Assembly: GCF_001194135.2 (NCBI RefSeq)
Contig: NC_068986.1
Location: forward strand, 103,591,023 to 103,655,022
Reading direction: 5' to 3'
Length of the DNA: 64,000 nt
From: Octopus bimaculoides
Taxonomy: Eukaryota
A program made the position numbers and the translations under genes. The notes beneath the pieces are model-generated. The model saw only the letters and a program-made list of their open reading frames with translations, was not told where the DNA came from and did no database searches. Positions 1 through 13,450 of this stretch are shown here, in pieces (position 1 is the stretch's first letter; every line of letters begins with the position of its first letter).

Positions 1-2939
1 CACACGTAAAAAAAAACCCCAGAATATATTACATAATATAGATTGAGAAAAATAATAAATACTAAGTCAAGATGATTAATGCTTAACTGTTTTTCATCAT
101 GTGTCTTTTTGATCAGATTCAACTTATTCAAGGTCAAACTGAGGCTAAATTGCCACAACCAGCAATGGTCCCCAACCCTTCTTGATTCTTTTTAAGAACC
201 TGCTCTCCGATCATTATCATCACAACTGCCAATACCACTACCACCATTGTTTTAACATGCTTGCATAGGTTGGATGAAGTTCATTGAGTCAAATTTTCAT
301 ATATACCCAGTTTTTATTATCTCAATCTTTATTTGTCAGACCACTAAGTTACAGGACAGAAAGATACACAACAGTAACTGGCTTAAACATAAACACACAC
401 ACACACATATATATATATATGATGGGCTACGCACAGTTTCTTATTTCTTTATTGCCCAAAGGGGCTAAACATAGACAGGACAAACAAAGGGATTAAATCG
501 ATTACATGGAGCCCAGTATGTAACTGGTACTTAATTTATCGACCCCGAAAGGATGAAAGGCAAAGTCGACCTCGGTGGAATTTGAACTTAGAAGGTAGCA
601 GCAGACGAAATACCGCTGAGTGAGTGAGTGCATGTCAGCAATTTCTTACACAATAGTAATATAGGCCAATAATTTCTTATAGTTATGATAAATAATCAGA
701 ATTTCTGAAAAGAAATGAAGATTATTGACATAAGATTCTGACCTAAAATTACACACACAACCTTAGAGAGTATATTAAGGGGTAAATTGAAGTTGAGAGA
801 GGGTAAGTGGGAGATGGAAATGACAGAGTGAATAAATAAACAGCTGAATGTGTAGACAGTACGAACAGATGTTAGGTAAATAATTTCATTGTAAAAGAAA
901 ATAAAGCAAACACAATGACATGGACAGTAAACTAGATTAGTCGAGGTGTGGTTTGTTAGGACAGCCATAACAGACAAGTGAGAATTCAATTATAAATCAA
1001 CAAAATTATATAAGTTGTGCATTGAAAAACATGTATTGTTATGTAAGATTCATTCCGCTGCACAACACCCAGGGCATGAGATTTCTGATATGGCCTTAGG
1101 TTGACTTAATCCTTTTGATACCAACTTGCTTGAAATTACCCCTGGTTCTATGATACAAACTTGTTAAAATAGTCACTTGTGTAACATACCTAATGAAAAT
1201 ACACCATTATAATATAAATCAAAACCGAGGTGAACATTGTCTCAGCAGTGACTCACAAAAATGTCAGACATGTTTTGATCTTGTTAGGCCTTGTCAATGA
1301 CATGTACCTAGTTAGAACACACCTAAATGAAATCTACTTCTGAAATATAGCAAACAGTGGATGGCTGCAACAAGGAGTGTTTCAGTGTGGGGAGGATTCT
1401 TGGAGCATTGTAAGAATAAATAAATTGACCCTGCTATATCTATTTAGTATTGTTTCCCCCATTTGTATTTCTAGATGTGTGTGGGTCAAGCAGGACTGAA
1501 GGCACTGGTCTTCTGTGGTAGCACATCCACCCCTCGGGATGTTTCTGGCTGCACAGTTCCTCAGTAAACGCCCTTCACCAAATGTCTGAGGGTGGTAGTA
1601 TGACCACTGTGAAAAAAGTTAGAGAGCTCAGAGCAAGCCCTGTTGGTAGGCATACAAAAATATAGGATGATGGAAAATGGCCTAGTCCACACAGAATCCA
1701 TCAGCTTCTGTGCGGATGGTGAGGCAAAAAAACGTGTGTGAGTATGCCATGTCTCTACTCATGTCTACATTGCTCTAAAAACTGATGTTGTTTGTCTCTC
1801 CTTTTATGTCCATTAATTTGGCAGTTAAAGATCTTTGAAATAGTGCCAAATTGAAACAAAGACCAGGGTTGCCCTTAAGAGATTAGACAGACACTGGAAT
1901 TGGTAAAAATATCTGTCAACTTGTTTTTCTGTTTATGGTCTAGTTACGAGGAAGGGGTATCCACAATATTTTGATAAGATATTAACGAGGCCTCTCTCTC
2001 TCTCCTTCACTCACTCATGCAACTTACCCAACCATGTCATTTCTCTCTCCTGTCTACTGCATCATCATTCTGCTGTTATCAGTCATCTTATTCTCATGCC
2101 CACTTCCATCACTAACTCATGCACTGTTAGTTATCCACCATTCACAAAATCTGCCCTTACTTTGCCCATGCCCCCCCCCCCCATTCTCTTACAATCTCTT
2201 TGTCCTTTCTGCCCCACTCATTTTTACGCACCTTCTACTCTGAAGGTCCACCCTGTCACTACATCATCACTCTTTTTTTAATTGCTTTCCAGCTCCACCA
2301 GGTGACTCCCACTCTCTTTTCTAAAACGGGGGTGGTCAGGTAGCTGCTCTACAGCAGGAAACCTGCTCCAGTTCCCTTCTCTCATACTTTTACCCCCCCT
2401 CAACTCCTAATATAAAGCTTCCCTCTGGAGTTCAGTTTCGACAGGTGCTTCATTTCCTCAACACTGGAGGAATGAAGAGGAAAGTTTACCTCAGCAGGAT
2501 TTGAAATCAAAATAAACACAGCAAAGCAATTTTGCCAACATCTAACAATTCTGCTACCTTGCCAACATTTTATGTAATATCATCACCATCATCGTTCAAC
2601 GTTTTCTCAGCTGGTATGGGTTGGATGCTTTGATAGCAGCTAGCAAGCTAGAGAGCTGCGCTAGATGCTAATTGTTGGTTTTTGCATGCTTTCTCAGCCA
2701 CTCTACAGAGCGTACTGGGTGCCTTTTCTTATGTGGCACCAGCATGGGTGCTTTGTACATGACACCTGCACATATTATTGATGATGATGACGACACCGAT
2801 GACATAGTTAAAAAAAGGCACAAGAGAGGAGACTACATCAACCTAAGTACTTGACTGGTCTCTGAATTTATTTGCACTGGAAGGATGAAAAGCAAAGTTG
2901 ATCTTAGCAGGATGTAGACTTGGAATATACAGGATTATA

Positions 2940-3355
2940 ACTCTTTTGCCTGTTTCAGTCATTTTACTGTGGCCATGCTGGAGCACCGCCTTTAGTTGAG
3001 AAAATCAACCCCAGGACTTATTCTTTGTAAGCTTAGTACTTATTCTATCGGTCTCTTTTTGCCGAACCGCTAAGTTATGGGGACATAAACACACCACCAT
3101 CGGTTGTCAAGCGATGGTTGGGAGACAAACACAGACATACAAACACACACATATATATATATATATAGAGAGAGAGAGATATACACATATATACGACGGG
3201 CTTCTTCCAGTTTCCGTCTACCAAATCCACTCATAAGGCTTTGGTCGGCCCGGCTATAGTAGAAGACACTTGCCCAAGGTGCCATGCAGTGGGACTGAAC
3301 CCAGAACCATGTGGTTGGTAAGCAAGCTACTTACCACCCAGCCATTCCTGCACCT
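2940..3355 (-). mobile_element. SINE family A copy
   Basis: Reverse complement of the 23565 copy. Confidence 0.85.
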
Positions 3356-4078
3356 ATGGCAACAATCTGGATACTTAATGATACTTATTATCAACAATCC
3401 AGATACTTACTGATTGGCAACAGTCCGGATATTATGGACACAGTCCGGATATTTATTGATACATCTGATGAATAAGTATCCAGAGAGAGGCATATGTATA
3501 AACATATGCGTGCGTGCGTGTGCATAGGAGTACTCACATGCACATTTTCAAGATTCCATTTTTTATTGACATGTAATTCTATGAAGTTTATTTGATATTA
3601 AATAGCAGCTTTTGACTCCAGGATTAGAAATACATTCAAAAACACACTAGTCAAGCCATTTATGTTCTGATCTTATAAAGCGATGGTTATAACAGTGCTA
3701 GTCTTAATTGTCCTGGATGAAAACATACGTCATTTCGACTTCCACAAGTGAAATGTTAGTAGCAGTAACTAATGCATCGACATGGGTATAAACATTTTTC
3801 AAATACTTTGTTACTATACTACTAATGATATATATTACCTTTGCTTTAATTAATTTTGAAAACAATGAAGGACTTGGTGAAATAATTGTCTTTATTAAGC
3901 TGGTGTTTGGAACACAAATTAACATGAAATTTTCCTGAAAGGTTTTGATTTAGATCGCTTTCATCCTTTTGCAGTCAAATTTCTGTTGACATACATTACT
4001 TTTGCCTTGGAAACAATAATGAATTGTTATGTGACAATCTTACATTTGTTTTACACAGTTCTTTGCATTTTTATTGAA

Positions 4079-4360
4079 CTATGGAAGGTCCTTTGAGCTG
4101 TTAAGGTTAGTTAATAGAGGGCATTCAAGGCAGTCCTTCATAATATGGCCTGCTTTGCCACCTTCACAGGTGGTTGGGCCAGTGTTGTGCACCATCTGAT
4201 CATAGCAAACTTTTGATTGCCCAGTTTTAATTCTCAAGTGATTGAGTGCCTTCAACTGAATCCATGGTGCTTCTGAGCCAAGAGAGAAGTCTTCAGCAAG
4301 AGGAGGGATTTTTTGTGTCAATTGGAAGAGGGTTGTTCTCCAGCTTTTCCATCCACAGCC
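4079..4360 (-). mobile_element. Decayed 3' end of a non-LTR retrotransposon ORF2 (RTE-like C-terminal Cys/His motif)
   Basis: GSEAPWIQLKALNHLRIKTGQSK...TTCEGGKAGHIMKDCLECP resembles the W..LNRLRTG.G...C.CG...T..H....CP terminus. Clade assignment is tentative. Confidence 0.55.
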
Positions 4361-4524
4361 AAAGGTTTTAAAATTTAGATCACTTTAAAACAAGTCATAG
4401 AACTAGAGGTGGTCTCAAGTGAGTTGTTACAAAAAGGTTAATATTGAAAAACAATACTTAGATTAATACTTTTCTAATAATAGAAATGGAATGTCCATCA
4501 TACAAAAGAGAGGCCTCTATACAG

Positions 4525-5900
4525 TGTAGTGGGTGCTTTTACGTGTCACCGGCACGAAGGCCAGTCAGGCGGTACTGGCAATGGCCATGCTCAAAATGGT
4601 GTACTTTACGTGCCACCTACACAAGAGCCAGTCCAGCGGCACTGGCAACAACCTCGCTCGAAAGTCTTTACATGTGCCAGAAAGGCAATGCTGGACACAG
4701 GTGCCATCACGATTTCGCTTGCCCCAACAGGTCTTCGCAAGCCAAGTTTCGTGTCCAATGAAGGAGACGATGTTGGCATGGGTGCCAGTCGTCGAATTTA
4801 GTTCGATTTCGATTTCACTTGCCTCAACAGGTCTTCGCAAGCGGAGTTTAGTGTCCAATGAAGGAAAGGTACGCATAAGTGGGCTGGCTANNNNNNNNNN
4901 NNNNNNNNNNNNNNNNNNNNNNNNNNNNNNNNNNNNNNNNNNNNNNNNNNNNNNNNNNNNNNNNNNNNNNNNNNNNNNNNNNNNNNNNNNNNNNNNNNNN
5001 NNNNNNNNNNNNNNNNNNNNNNNNNNNNNNNNNNNNNNNNNNNNNNNNNNNNNNNNNNNNNNNNNNNNNNNNNNNNNNNNNNNNNNNNNNNNNNNNNNNN
5101 NNNNNNNNNNNNNNNNNNNNNNNNNNNNNNNNNNNNNNNNNNNNNNNNNNNNNNNNNNNNNNNNNNNNNNNNNNNNNNNNNNNNNNNNNNNNNNNNNNNN
5201 NNNNNNNNNNNNNNNNNNNNNNNNNNNNNNNNNNNNNNNNNNNNNNNNNNNNNNNNNNNNNNNNNNNNNNNNNNNNNNNNNNNNNNNNNNNNNNNNNNNN
5301 NNNNNNNNNNNNNNNNNNNNNNNNNNNNNNNNNNNNNNNNNNNNNNNNNNNNNNNNNNNNNNNNNNNNNNNNNNNNNNNNNNNNNNNNNNNNNNNNNNNN
5401 NNNNNNNNNNNNNNNNNNNNNNNNNNNNNNNNNNNNNNNNNNNNNNNNNNNNNNNNNNNNNNNNNNNNNNNNNNNNNNNNNNNNNNNNNNNNNNNNNNNN
5501 NNNNNNNNNNNNNNNNNNNNNNNNNNNNNNNNNNNNNNNNNNNNNNNNNNNNNNNNNNNNNNNNNNNNNNNNNNNNNNNNNNNNNNNNNNNNNNNNNNNN
5601 NNNNNNNNNNNNNNNNNNNNNNNNNNNNNNNNNNNNNNNNNNNNNNNNNNNNNNNNNNNNNNNNNNNNNNNNNNNNNNNNNNNNNNNNNNNNNNNNNNNN
5701 NNNNNNNNNNNNNNNNNNNNNNNNNNNNGCTAGCATGGGTTGGACGATTTGACTGAGGACTGGTGAAACCAGATGGCTACACCAGGCTCCAATCTGATTT
5801 GGCAGTGTTTCTACAGCTGGATGCCCCTTCCTAACGCCAACCACTCAGAGAGTGTAGTGGGTGCTTTTACGTGTCACCCGCACGAAGGCCAGTCAGGCGG
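4525..5900 (-). mobile_element. SINE family D copies around a gap (internal ~65-bp GTGCC-ACC-GGCAC modules; tail GGAAAGCGGACGTTAAACGATGATG)
   Basis: Conserved GTTGGCGTTAGGAAGGGCATCCAGCTGTAGAAAC block on the element strand. Further copies near 2580-2790, 6475-6640, 9060-9255, 19100-19330, 20480-20620, 20900-21345, 24775-24837, 28436-28611, 31760-32050 and 40155-40270. Confidence 0.8.
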
Positions 5901-5911
5901 CACTGGCAACG

Positions 5912-6090
5912 GCAACAACATCAAAAAATACCTTAGGAAAGAGAACCCAGGTTCGAAATTTCCCCAAGACACCTGATGATGGCTGGAGGGTATATCAGCC
6001 GAAACATTCTGTCACCAAGAAACAAGATGAGAAATATCCATCAAGTGTAAATAATGCACATAAGTCCACATCTCTTAAACATAGAACTTT
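5912..6090 (+). mobile_element. Family E headless copy
   Basis: Body, CTGATGA..GAAAC motif at 5968-6013 (stem III/I degenerate) and tail CATCTCTTAAACATAGAACT. Confidence 0.75.
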
Positions 6091-6699
6091 ACAAAGCGTA
6101 CTGGTGATTTTTTCCATGATACAAGAACTGGTAAGGTCACCATGTGCCTTGTTAAACTAAAAAGCTCCCTTTTTTAAAACTGAATGGCAATATAGTAAAA
6201 GAGGAGGCTGCCCTACGTTAGGTGATGAAAGATTGAAATATGACAGAGAGAACAGGAACAAGTTTGTGGTAGTAGAGAGAATAAATAATCTACAGGGATA
6301 TTAAATACAAAGGATGGGAGTTCAGACTGGAGCAAATTAGGAAAAGTATGTTCCACTGAATGTGTAATGTTTAGTGTGTATGAATGAGTGAGCTCAAAAA
6401 TGTTGAGGCGGAAAAACCAGGTGTAAGGGGAATCATCTGCCATATGAAAGGAGAAGACTGTATCAGTACAAACATCATCATCATCATCCTCATCCTCATT
6501 TACTATCCTTTTTCTATAGCTGGCATAGGTTGGATGGCTTGACAGGAACTGGCAAAGCAGAGGCCACACCAAGTTCCATAGTCTATTTTGGTTTGGTTTC
6601 TACAGAGTGTACTGGGTGCTTTTCATGTAGCACCAGCATGTAATAAACACGAATGGGCCAATCAATTCAAGAGGAAGGAACCAGTGGAAGAGAGAAAAA

Positions 6700-7590
6700 A
6701 AAAAAAAGGAAGATACCGCTTGAATGTGGCTATGTCCTTTGTGTTCAGGATCAGGAGAGAATTGAAGGCTTCTAACAGGGGTGTGAAAAGAAAACATTCT
6801 CAGCAGTCAAATGTTGTTAGGAAAAACCAGTTCCATCCAGCAAGTTCAGGATATCAACAATGACAACCACAACTGATCAATGATGGCTACCACCAAGCAG
6901 CTTAAGGTAGCAGAGTCTCAAGTGGTACATGAAGGCATCAGATACAAGTCTTACATGATGAAGAGACAGCAATTCATGTTAAGCAAAACTTAGAAGACAT
7001 GTGTGAACCAGAAGTGCTTATTGAACAAGCTGAAGCACATAAAGACATATAGTTCTTCTCCAATAAGAAAATTCTTCAACTAACAAGGGAAGAACAGGCT
7101 GTGTGTGTGTGTGTGTAAAATGAAGTCCCACAGTGATGCACAAAGTTTATGGCATCTCTGATCATCCTGAAGGTTCTGTTATGCCACCTTACTTCTTCCT
7201 GAAGTGTCTCATGATCAATGCTTGTAGCCTACCCCGTAGTGCACGACACAATAGTCAAGCTCAGGACTAAGACAATGGTCCAGCAGGACTCCTGTCTTTC
7301 TCCTAAATGCTGTCTTCCTGTGAGTGGTTTGCAAAATATTTCATAATCATGCGATCCCAACAAATGGGCTCTTAGGACTGCTGAGAGAGTCTGATCAATG
7401 TGAAGGGCCAGCTGATGGCTCCACAGAAACAGAGTTTTAAAGGAGGTTGCTATTGTGAGCAGGGACTACCTGAATGTGGCACAAAGTCCCTTTCAGGGTT
7501 GCATTAAAACTGTGTCATTTTACTGTGAGTTTGGGTTGTTTTGGTGTCTTTGGTTTTCCTTGTATCATATTTTTTTGCACCTTGAAAGAA
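6700..7590 (+). mobile_element. Decayed Tc1/mariner-superfamily transposase (motif style of DD37D/maT)
   Basis: Interrupted frames give LNVAMSFVFRIRRELKAS, VVHEGIRYKSYMMKRQQFM, CLLNKLKH, *FFSNKKI (cf. WFFSDEK), VMPPYFF and QQDS. Multiple stops and frameshifts. Confidence 0.75.
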
Positions 7591-7792
7591 ATATGTACTA
7601 ACACACACATACAAATGCAGACACAGCTATGTGGTTAAGAAGTTTGCTTCTCATTTCCTGTGTTCTGGGTTCAGTTCCATTGTGTGACATCTTGGGCAAG
7701 TGTCTTCCAAACATAGTTTCAGTTTAAAAACCTCATTCGTGAGTTAAACTTGGTAAACAAGGACTATGTAGAAACCTATTTGCATTGACAGT

Positions 7793-8137
7793 GGAGGCGC
7801 AATGGCCCAGTGGTTAAGGCAGCAGACTCGCGGTTGTAGGATCACAGTTTCGATTCCCAGACTGGGCGTTGTGAATGTTTATTGAGCGAAAACACCTAAA
7901 NNNNNNNNNNACTATGCTGTACTCTTTCCCCACAACTTTCTCTCGCTCCTTCTTCCTGTTTCTGTTGTACCTGCATTTCAAAAGGACCAGCGTTGTCACG
8001 CTGAGACTCACCGAGAGCTACGTTAAGGGTACACGTGTCTGTGGAATGCTCAGCCACTCGCGCATTAATTTCACGAGCTGGCTGTTCCATTGATTGAATC
8101 AACTGGAACCCTCGTCGTCGTAACCGACGGAGTGCCA
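7793..8137 (+). mobile_element. SINE family B copy (10-N gap inside)
   Basis: Colinear with the 14852 copy. Confidence 0.85.
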
Positions 8138-8516
8138 GAAATATGCGTTGACAAAAAGAAAAATAGGAAAATGTCAGCAGAGCTAACACAGTACAAATAA
8201 TAACTGCACAGCAACGTTAAGTCTATTGACAAATAAACAACTGTCATTTTGTTATTTACATAACAAACTTCAATGAATGGCCAGTTATATAAAGACGAAT
8301 GTTCTTATGCATATATAAACATTTGTTATACCGTTTCCATTAGTTTAGACACTAAACTAATGGAATATTACGCAGTAGTATTACAAAGTAGCTGTATTGT
8401 CACCCTGACCAATATTTCGTTATATTAAAGTTGCTGTTTTCAAAATCTAGCAAAGGGAAAAGCTATGATATGCCAATGCCTCGTGAGTGAATTTGGTAGA
8501 CAGAAAATATGTAGAA

Positions 8517-8739
8517 GCTGGCAGAAATGTTACCCCGCCGGGCGAAATGCTTAGCAGTATTTCGTCTGCCGTTACATTCTGAGTTCAAATTCCGCCGAGG
8601 TCGACTTTGCATTTCATCCTTTCGGAGTCGATAAATTAAGTACCAGTTACGCACTGGGGCCGATGTAATTGACTTAATCCTTTTGTCTGTCCTTGTTTGT
8701 CCCCTCTAAGTTTAGCCCCTTGTAGGCAATAATGAAATA
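8517..8739 (+). mobile_element. SINE family C (tRNA-like head; central CTTTCATCCTTTCGGGGTCGATAAATTAAGTACCAG box)
   Basis: B box GAGTTCAAATTCC and a 15-bp TSD AGAAAATATGTAGAA at 8502-8516 and 8740-8754, inserted into a family A remnant. Confidence 0.9.
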
Positions 8740-8942
8740 AGAAAATATGTAGAAACCTTTTGTATATATTGATTTCAAATTTTAGCACAAAGCCAGCAAT
8801 TTCAGGAGAGAGCATAAGTTGATTATATAGACCCCTAGCACTCAATTGGTACTTAATTTATCAAATCTGAAAGAGCGGAAGGCAAAGTATGCCTTGGCAG
8901 AATCTGAACTCAGAACATAAGGACAAGCAAAATGCCATTATG

Positions 8943-8995
<53 letters not shown>

Positions 8996-9259
8996 TCCTC
9001 ATGAATGGATGAAAGCACTGAAAATAAAGAGCTATCCAAAATTCTGACTGCCACCTTGTTCTTTGCTTGTGCCATGTAAAAAGCACGAAGTCCACTCTGC
9101 AAAGTGGTTGGTGTTAGGAAGGGCATCCAGTCCCGCCCATGCTAGCATGGAAGATGGACGTTAAACAATGGTGATGATGATGATGATAATGATATACATG
9201 GTCGTCCGGCCCGCGCTGGCATGGAAAGCGGATGTTAAACGACGACGACGATACGCACA

Positions 9260-9299
<40 letters not shown>

Positions 9300-9842
9300 N
9301 NNNNNNNNNNNNNNNNNNNNNNNNNNNNNNNNNNNNNNNNNNNNNNNNNNNNNNNNNNNNNNNNNNNNNNNNNNNNNNNNNNNNNNNNNNNNNNNNNNNN
9401 NNNNNNNNNNNNNNNNNNNNNNNNNNNNNNNNNNNNNNNNNNNNNNNNNNNNNNNNNNNNNNNNNNNNNNNNNNNNNNNNNNNNNNNNNNNNNNNNNNNN
9501 NNNNNNNNNNNNNNNNNNNNNNNNNNNNNNNNNNNNNNNNNNNNNNNNNNNNNNNNNNNNNNNNNNNNNNNNNNNNNNNNNNNNNNNNNNNNNNNNNNNN
9601 NNNNNNNNNNNNNNNNNNNNNNNNNNNNNNNNNNNNNNNNNNNNNNNNNNNNNNNNNNNNNNNNNNNNNNNNNNNNNNNNNNNNNNNNNNNNNNNNNNNN
9701 NNNNNNNNNNNNNNNNNNNNNNNNNNNNNNNNNNNNNNNNNNNNNNNNNNNNNNNNNNNNNNNNNNNNNNNNNNNNNNNNNNNNNNNNNNNNNNNNNNNN
9801 NNNNNNNNNNNNNNNNNNNNNNNNNNNNNNNNNNNNNNNNNN

Positions 9843-9884
<42 letters not shown>

Positions 9885-9888
9885 GATA

Positions 9889-10132
9889 TAGGGTATCTAA
9901 GAGATACTGCCACGCTGGAAAAAGCAGTCAAAACTTGACTCTAAAACAACATTAAATGTTCATACAGCACCATGAGAGAAGACGAAGAGACAAAATAAAC
10001 TATCAAAAATTATTTTTGCTAGTTTATTTTGTCTCTTCGTCCTCGTTCTTTGTGCTATATGAACATTTATTGTGGTTTAGAGTCAAGATGTGGCTGCTAT
10101 TTCCAGCATGGCAGTATCTCTTAGATACCCTA
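9889..10132. repeat. About 245-bp imperfect palindrome (foldback MITE)
   Basis: TAGGGTATCTAAGAGATACTGCCA... pairs with ...TGGCAGTATCTCTTAGATACCCTA, and the arms pair almost to the centre near 10010. Confidence 0.85.
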
Positions 10133-10939
10133 AATTGTAATTTTAAATAATTGTTACCTTTGTTGGTTTTTATTCTCATGCTGGCCACTTGATAAAATCG
10201 ATATTTTATATATCGATCTTATCCTTATTTATATATATATATATATATGCTGCTTGTGGGCCGAGCTTGAGGATTGCATGAAGGCACCAGACATGTTATT
10301 AAATTTGTCAGAGTTGTTTTTCACTGCATCAAACTATTAGTAGCTCAGAAAAATACACTATGTACATATGTGAGTGTGTGTAAGACACAGAGAGAGAAAG
10401 TATGTGTGTATTTAAGAGGATCGATTAAAACCAGGGAATATCAAATTAATGGCTAATAAGGTAAAATACAAATCAGCAGGTGAACAATGTCCCATTGACC
10501 TATACTGTCCAGTAGCAGGTCAGTATTTGAACAAGATTTGAGATTCCCTGTTGTGCTTTGCATTATCTTATTGATGTTGCACTTCATATATACCTGCTTA
10601 TGTGATGCTGCAATGCAATAAAATCTCTTAATGAAATGATTGTAGCAATACCATATAATCTATTTGTTGGTTTCTATTGTTGTGTGTGTGTGTGTTTATG
10701 TTTGCTCCGTCACCACTGCTTGGCAACTGATGTTGGTTTGTTTACATTCCCATAACTTAGTGGTTCAGCAGAAGAGATCAACTGAGTAAGTACAAACCCT
10801 AAAAAATAAGTACTGGAGGTTGATATTCAAGGCAGTGACAGTGTGGCTGCAGTCCAATGATTGAAGCAAGCAAAAGATAAAGAAAGTGAACTAACACTGA
10901 AGAGATCATACTTGCAATCAAGAGACTATCAAAAATCGC

Positions 10940-11282
10940 TGACATGGCCGATGAGAGTACTGCCCGATTGGCACTTGTGCCAGTGGAATGTTAAAAGCAC
11001 ATCCGAGTTTGATCATTGCAAGGGCCACGGGTAGGCTCCTGTGCTGGTGACACATGAAAAGCACCATTTGAGCATGGTCATTGCCAGAACCGCCTGGCTG
11101 GCCCTTGTGCCAGTGGCACGTAAAAGCACCCACTACACTCTCGGAGTGGTTGGCGTTATTTAGCTGTAGAACCTTTGCCATATCAGATTCAACCTGGTGT
11201 AGCCTCTGGCTCACCAGTCCTCAGTCAAACCGTCCAACCCATGCCAGCATGGAAAGCAGATGTAAAATGATGATGATAATGT
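10940..11282 (+). mobile_element. SINE family D copy (sense orientation)
   Basis: Three GCAC..GTGCC modules, then the conserved block and a (GAT)n tail. Confidence 0.8.
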
Positions 11283-11661
11283 GAATCATTAACCAGAACT
11301 CCATTGGTTACAATGATGAGGGTTCCAGTAGATCCAACCAATGGTAACAGACTGCTAATGAAATTAGCAAGCAAGTGGTTGAACATTCCACAGACAGGTG
11401 AATTCAATGTTTGTTCTCCGGAAAATTAAGCACGACACAGTGTGAAAAGACTGGCCCTAAAAATACAGGAACGACTCATTTTTGCTAGCTGACTGAAATG
11501 GAGCAAAATGAAATAAAGTGTCTTGCTCAAGGACAAAATGAGGCACTGGAAATCAAACACACCTCACAATTATGACCCTAATAACTAAGCTACATAGCTT
11601 CAGATGATGTGAATCATTAATCAATAAATAAATATATTGATTAATGGAAAGTCTGAACTTC

Positions 11662-11699
<38 letters not shown>

Positions 11700-11771
11700 C
11701 ATTAGTAAATGTAATCGTAATAATTTATAAATTGCAAAAGACAAATAAAAAATAATCAGGAAGATATTTAC

Positions 11772-11849
11772 CGTGAAGGAGCAACTCCAACAAGATTCGG
11801 GCCAAGTCCTTTAAATAATCCTTTTAGACCTTCTGTTTCCACTATGTGG
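11772..11849 (-). CDS. slc25a36: Coding exon 3: (R)[25 protein letters not shown](R)
   Basis: Acceptor tttcttttcag|C and donor CG|GTAAAT. 78 nt, phase 2/2. [13 protein letters not shown] is the SLC25A33/36 motif. Confidence 0.97.
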
Positions 11850-12872
11850 CTGAAAAGAAATTTTAATACCATTATTATTCTTGCTACTACTACTACTACT
11901 ACTACTACTAGAGTGTTACCTATCATACGATAGGTAACTCTAGAAATCTGTTTTAGTCACCGCGGCAAATATCAGGAAGTATGGCATATATATAATTATT
12001 ACAATTTAGCATTTTATCAAATATTTTGGTGTGAATACAAAAATTGAAGAAGTACTAATTTTCAAATGAAAAATATTTATTTGTCATTTACTCCTCCTCC
12101 TTTATCTATATTATTGTCTATCCCACTATATGTGTGTGTTTGTGTGTGTGTGTGTAACATGTTTTTACTCATTGCCTACTACAATACCTAGCATGTGCCC
12201 TTATCCCACACCTGCTCCGTTAACTCCATCTCTATATTTTGCTTTAGTCTCACCCCTTTTTCTATATAATGGTAAAGTGTACGAGAGGGCAATGGTGAGA
12301 GAAATGTGTGGGGAGAAAATGTTTGATAAGAGGAGCACTGAGAATTTGATGGGAATGTGGCCATGCTGGACATTGCTCTGAAGAGTTTCATTGAACAAAT
12401 CAACCCCAATAATTACTTTTCTAGTCTGGTACTCATTGACTAATTGTATCATTCTCTTTTTGCCAAACTGCTAAGTTACAGGGATGCAAACAAAACAATA
12501 CTAGCTGTCAGGTGAGAGTGGCAAACACAATGGGCTTCCACACAATTTCTGTCTACTGAATGCATGCAGATAATACCTGGGTACAGAAGTGGAGGGTGGA
12601 ACAAAGGGTGGTATAGGAGTGCACACTGATGTGTAGGAAGAAAAATATGGAAAGGTCAAAATGAATTCTGGTATACACAAAAGCTGATAAAAATATTGTC
12701 CCAGAGAGACTGCCATCAACACATACCATTATAATGCAATCTGATAGGAAACCATTGAGCCAGAAAACAAGAAATAGCTGGAACCTTTCGTGCAATCTCA
12801 CAAGCATATGGAAATCCCAGAGATGAGACAGATGAGTCTATAATAGGTGGGTTGGTTTAGACAAGAAATTCA

Positions 12873-13106
12873 TATTTCTTTATTGCCCACAAGGGGCTAA
12901 ACATAGAGGGGACATACAAGAACAGACAAAGGGATTAAGTCGATTACATCAACCCCAGTGCGTAACTGGTACTTAATTTATTGACCCCGAAAGAATGAAA
13001 GGCAAAGTCGACCTTGGCGGAATTTGAACTCAGAACGTAACGGCAGACAAAATACTGCTAAGCATTTCGCCCGGCGTGCTAACATTTCTGCCAGCTCGCC
13101 ACCTTG
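12873..13106 (-). mobile_element. SINE family C full copy
   Basis: 15-bp TSD TAGACAAGAAATTCA at 12858-12872 and 13107-13121. Other copies near 430-620, 21600-21785, 24492-24717, 34109-34332 (+), 36230-36395, 43975-44182 and 63192-63375 (+). Confidence 0.9.
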
Positions 13107-13450
13107 TAGACAAGAAATTCACGTGATTAGACACAGTTAAAAGCTTTGATGCCAAGGGCAATAACTTTCTTTCACCAAATGAGAGAAACATTAGAAAGTA
13201 AGACTTCAAGAGATTTGATGAAAGTCGTAATGATGGATAGAAGGAAAAATAGAGTTTTGAGATGATGGAGAAGATTGTTATTACTGGATTTGTTTATTAT
13301 CTTTGAAACATGACAAGTTAATACAAGACATTTGTCAAACGTGTTGCCTTTCTTGAGAATGGGGCATAGGACATGCTGGAGCAAGCTTCCCAAGACCAGA
13401 ATACATCACAGGAGAAATAGTCACTGTTTGGAACGTAACTTAAAATAATA

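Noticed and set aside
3704-3925. 73-aa minus ORF with acceptor-like start
   Set aside because: It has no similarity to the expected exon 4 (AIYF...SAA.AG) or to any protein I recognise.
4530-4880. Repeat-spacer-like pattern (hairpin modules with variable intervening sequence) resembling CRISPR
   Set aside because: The intervening sequences are diverged copies of each other inside a eukaryotic SINE, and there are no cas genes.
7793-7865. tRNA-like sequences (also at 14852, 16390, 19891, 23565, 32481 and others)
   Set aside because: They are SINE heads with broken acceptor/anticodon stems, followed by repeat bodies, so not called as tRNA genes.
1-11771. Search for carrier exons 4 and later
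   Set aside because: No matching sequence was seen. They are probably beyond the left edge or in gaps 4891-5728 or 9300-9842.
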